Part shown: positions 61,116 to 64,000 of the stretch, in pieces
How the letters are laid out: every line of letters starts with the position of its first letter
How positions within the stretch are numbered: the stretch's first letter is position 1
Origin: an uncultured delta proteobacterium
GTDB lineage: Bacteria; Myxococcota_A; Polyangia; Polyangiales; Polyangiaceae
Direction of reading: 5' to 3'
Length of the DNA stretch: 64,000 nt
NCBI GenBank assembly: GCA_963782055.1
Contig: CAWAIF010000003.1
Location: forward strand, 4,256,001-4,320,000
Notes under the pieces: generated by a model
Databases searched by the model: none
The model's input: the letters and a program-made list of their open reading frames with translations, nothing else
Told to the model about the DNA's origin: nothing
Program-made: the position numbers and the translations under genes

Positions 61116-61663
61116 CCCGCCCCCCACGGCTTCGTGAGCCCGAAGAAGGTGAAGCCGTTCCAGCTCGTTCCGGTGATCAGCCGCGCCACCTTCGAGAGGC
61201 TGTCGTGGCGTTGCCCGCGGAAGACGAAGCCGTCGTCGTCGACGGCGACGACGTGAACGGTCTTGCCGAACTGTCGCCGCAGCGTGGTCCCCGCCGGCGG
61301 GAGTCGCGGGTCGCGCTTTGCTGACGCGTCGACGCCCGGCGCAGGCGGCTCCGCCGCCGCTAGCCTCGCGACGAGCACCTCCTTGGAGACGGGGAAGCCC
61401 CGCCGCCGAATCGGCGCATCGACGACGAGCTCCCGGATGCGTGCCTTCGCGCGCTCGGAGAGACCGCCGTACGCCATCTCCTGGAGCCGGTAGGCGATCC
61501 GCTTCCGCAGGTACGGACCGTTGTGGGACCGAGAGTCCTCCTTGAAGACGTCACGGTACCTCGCTCGCAGCGCAGGAACGTTCATCGACTCCAGCGCGAT
61601 GACTGCTTCCTGCACGTTGTCGGGGACCATTTCTTTTGCCACTGCGACGTTGCTGTTCGTCAT
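61112..61663 (-). CDS. DUF2924 domain protein
   Basis: LRKRIAYRLQE..GGLS, GTTLRR, SLSKVARLITGTSWNGFTFFGL. Confidence 0.88.
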   Translation of the reverse strand: MTNSNVAVAKEMVPDNVQEAVIALESMNVPALRARYRDVFKEDSRSHNGPYLRKRIAYRLQEMAYGGLSERAKARIRELVVDAPIRRRGFPVSKEVLVARLAAAEPPAPGVDASAKRDPRLPPAGTTLRRQFGKTVHVVAVDDDGFVFRGQRHDSLSKVARLITGTSWNGFTFFGLTKPWGAG

Positions 61664-61666
61664 CGA

Positions 61667-61945
61667 TCACCTCACCGCCGGGCTCTCGTCCCGGCTGGTA
61701 GACACAGCCCCAGACCCGCCCCGGCCAGCAACTGAATCTCGACTTCCCGATGTCTGCGCGTGTGCTTCCGCGCCGGCGCGCGCCTCCTTCTCCCGTGCAA
61801 CCAGCGCCGCGAGCCGCTCCCGGAGGAGCAGCGTCAGCAGCCCGTCCGCTACGATCTCTGCAGCGAGCTTCTGCCGCCGTGCGACGTCAGCGTCGTCCTC
61901 TCCAACGCCGGGCCTCTCGGGCCTCGACGCTGATGTGAGGCTCAT
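61667..61945 (-). CDS. Small hypothetical protein
   Basis: MSLTSASRP.. start overlaps the upstream stop (ATGA) and the ORF fills the operon gap. Confidence 0.45.
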   Translation of the reverse strand: MSLTSASRPERPGVGEDDADVARRQKLAAEIVADGLLTLLLRERLAALVAREKEARAGAEAHAQTSGSRDSVAGRGGSGAVSTSRDESPAVR

Positions 61946-62697
61946 GCGAACGGGTCGACCTCCGCCTGCGAGGACGCTTCGCCCTCGTACTTGGCGAGCA
62001 CAGCCTTCGCCCGCGCGACCTGCGCGCCCTTGAGATCCCGGACTCGCTGCACGCCGAGCTCCGCGAGGATCGCGTCGACGTCGGCGCGAGGCAGCGCCTT
62101 CATCCGCGCGACGAGCTCCGTCGCGACCGCCGCGTCGATCGGCCGCTCGCTCCCCGGTGACGCGCCACCGGTCGCCGGCTTTGCCGCGTCGTCGCTGTCT
62201 CCCGCGCCGCCCACGGCGGCCTCGAGATCGTGCGCTGCCGCGCCGGTGATCTGCTGGCGCAGGGCCGCATCGATCTTCTCCTCGGGCAGGATGGTGTACT
62301 TCGTCTTCGGATCGCCGGCCTCGCCGTGGCGCTCGATCTCGAAGCTCCACTTGTCGAGCCCGTACTTGTCGCGGACCTTGAGCACGTCCTTGAACCACTG
62401 CGTGCCGCCCTCGATCACCTTCATCGCGCCCTCGGCGAGCACGAAGAAGTTGATCGCGACGCGGAGGCTCGGCCGCTTGCCGTCCGCCTGATGCGCAGGG
62501 TTCTTCGCGTCGAACGTCTCGTAGCGCTCGCCCGTCCACACGACCTCACGGGCGTGCGGCTCACCGCAGAAGATCCCCGTCACCTTGTCGCCGTTGCTCG
62601 CGAGGCGGACGAAGATCCCTCCCGCGCTCGCATGCTTCTCCGCCAGCCCCTTCGCCGTTTCCCAAGCAGTCGTCATGTTGGTCGTCCTTTCGGTCAT
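61942..62697 (-). CDS. Putative phage-type single-stranded DNA-binding protein
   Basis: IFVRL..GD, FEIERHGEAGDPKTKYTILP and an acidic/aromatic tail EVDPFA. Alternative start at 62676. Confidence 0.5.
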   Translation of the reverse strand: MTERTTNMTTAWETAKGLAEKHASAGGIFVRLASNGDKVTGIFCGEPHAREVVWTGERYETFDAKNPAHQADGKRPSLRVAINFFVLAEGAMKVIEGGTQWFKDVLKVRDKYGLDKWSFEIERHGEAGDPKTKYTILPEEKIDAALRQQITGAAAHDLEAAVGGAGDSDDAAKPATGGASPGSERPIDAAVATELVARMKALPRADVDAILAELGVQRVRDLKGAQVARAKAVLAKYEGEASSQAEVDPFA

Positions 62698-62936
62698 CGG
62701 GTGATCTCGTTCGTTCTGTCGATCTCGTTGAGGAGCGCGCGAAGTGCCGCGCGCCCTTTCGCCGCCCGTGGTCGCGCCACCTCGGGCAGGCGCGCGCGGA
62801 GCACGTCGCTGAGGCCACGCGCGATCGCGGTCTCGATCGCGGGGTCGGTGTCGTACATCTCGAAGACGCCGAGCAGCGTCAGCGTCACATCGCGAAACAC
62901 CTTGCGCAGCGCGTCCCGCTCCTCTTGCGTCGTCAT
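62694..62936 (-). CDS. Small hypothetical protein
   Basis: SD GAGGAG upstream; translationally coupled to the next gene. Confidence 0.6.
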   Translation of the reverse strand: MTTQEERDALRKVFRDVTLTLLGVFEMYDTDPAIETAIARGLSDVLRARLPEVARPRAAKGRAALRALLNEIDRTNEITR

Positions 62937-62954
62937 CGTTCGCTCCTCGCGGCG

Positions 62955-63785
62955 TCAGTGAGCCGCGCTCTGCATCCGCAAAGCGGGTCCGCCGAGCGGA
63001 AGGGACACGCCCTCGCCGAGGAGCGGACGCAGCTTCTCGAGCGTGCGCAGGCGCTCGCGCTTCACGCGCTGGTAGACGAGCTCCCGGGCGTCGTCCGCGA
63101 GGTCGCCATAGTGACGGGCGACGTAGTCACGAAGGCGCTCGCCGTGGAGGTACGTCGCGATGACGACCTCGAGCTTCGCCGGTGCGATCCGATCGCCGAC
63201 GCGCGCCACGAGAAGCTCGATGAGCTCCTCGCGCTCGTCGTCGTCGAGCGCCTGCTCGTTCGCCCCCGACGCGAAGAGGTCGAACTCCTCCACCGCGAGC
63301 GCTTCCTCCTCGAGGACGGTGAGACGCAGGCGTGCCTGCTGCTCCGCGCGCAGGCGGCGAAAGACGGCGCGCTGCGTGTCCTGCCGCAGGTACATCGCGA
63401 TGCGCGTCGGTCGAGCGTCGAGCGGGAAGCGTCCGACGGCCTCGAAGAAGGCCTCGAACGCCATCTGGTCCAGGTCGTCGCGGCCGAACGCATCGCCGCA
63501 GATCCGACCACGGAGGCGGAGCAGCATCGGTGCGTACGCGATGAGGAGCACGCCGGCCCAGAGAGGGCCCGGCCTCTCCTGCTGTTCGCGGACGAGCGCG
63601 CGCGTCAGCGCCTCTCGCTCCGCGTAGCGTCTCTCGGACTCGTCGTTCATCACGGCGAGGATCGAGAGGATGGAGGCGTGAGCCGCGAGCGTTGGCTCCC
63701 GAGCACGCGCCTCCTCGAACGTGTTCTCGTGCTTGATCGACATGACTTCGTCCCGCAAGGGATTCCTCAGCTGCCTCAGACTCAT
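62955..63785 (-). CDS. Sigma70/ECF-like factor
   Basis: Region-2-like AYAPML..DDLDQMAFEAFFEAVGRF and region-4-like VYQRVKRERLRTLEKLR. SD GGAGGAG. Confidence 0.6.
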   Translation of the reverse strand: MSLRQLRNPLRDEVMSIKHENTFEEARAREPTLAAHASILSILAVMNDESERRYAEREALTRALVREQQERPGPLWAGVLLIAYAPMLLRLRGRICGDAFGRDDLDQMAFEAFFEAVGRFPLDARPTRIAMYLRQDTQRAVFRRLRAEQQARLRLTVLEEEALAVEEFDLFASGANEQALDDDEREELIELLVARVGDRIAPAKLEVVIATYLHGERLRDYVARHYGDLADDARELVYQRVKRERLRTLEKLRPLLGEGVSLPLGGPALRMQSAAH

Positions 63786-64000
63786 GGCTCCTCCGCCGGC
63801 GGCGGGACCCGGAGCGCGCGCGACCACGACCCGAAGGCGCGTGGGGCGGCGCGCGCCGGGCTTCGGGAGCCTCTGGCCGCATCCGCAGTTACTGGTTGTC
63901 GTTGACCCGAGCGCGCGCGGCGCTCAGGCAGCCCTCCCGCTGGCCGTGGGCGAAGCGCCCTGCGGACAAACGGTCTCGTTGCTCTCGGCGCACCGGCGGC

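Noticed and set aside
58979..64000. Intact prophage
   Set aside because: No terminase, capsid or tail genes within the window.

Overview
Very GC-rich bacterial DNA. Gene content (AgmX/GltG-like glycine-rich proteins, an FHA-sigma54 regulator, a kinase-AAA-TPR protein, many lipoproteins) suggests a myxobacterium, possibly Polyangiaceae-like; that is an inference. The left part (1-38.3 kb) is host-like chromosome. It includes aceK, a serpin, a WD40-caspase, an octaheme cytochrome and an RTX protein. Its most notable feature is a tightly coupled six-gene operon (Zn-dehydrogenase, asparagine-synthetase-like amidotransferase, SAM methyltransferase, Fe/2OG-type oxygenase, A-T-R NRPS-like reductase, NadR-type NMN adenylyltransferase/kinase). 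The operon promoter carries a palindrome matching the NrtR GT-N7-AC operator, which points to an uncharacterised NAD-linked pathway. A 1.3-kb inverted-repeat-bounded element carrying a DUF559 nuclease and an integrase remnant lies at 31.05-32.32 kb. A genomic island follows tRNA-Asn (38261-38336). It carries a ~20-kb, nine-gene defence operon: HTH, DUF1998 helicase, SNF2 helicase, N6-methylase with an extra C-terminal domain, SMC/ABC-like ATPase, HNH, McrB, McrC and a HEPN-like protein. The island also has a large serine recombinase/DUF2924 module with a sigma-like and an SSB-like gene. Three single-base frameshifts in otherwise intact genes may be assembly errors. All family assignments come from motif recognition by eye; no database searches were run.
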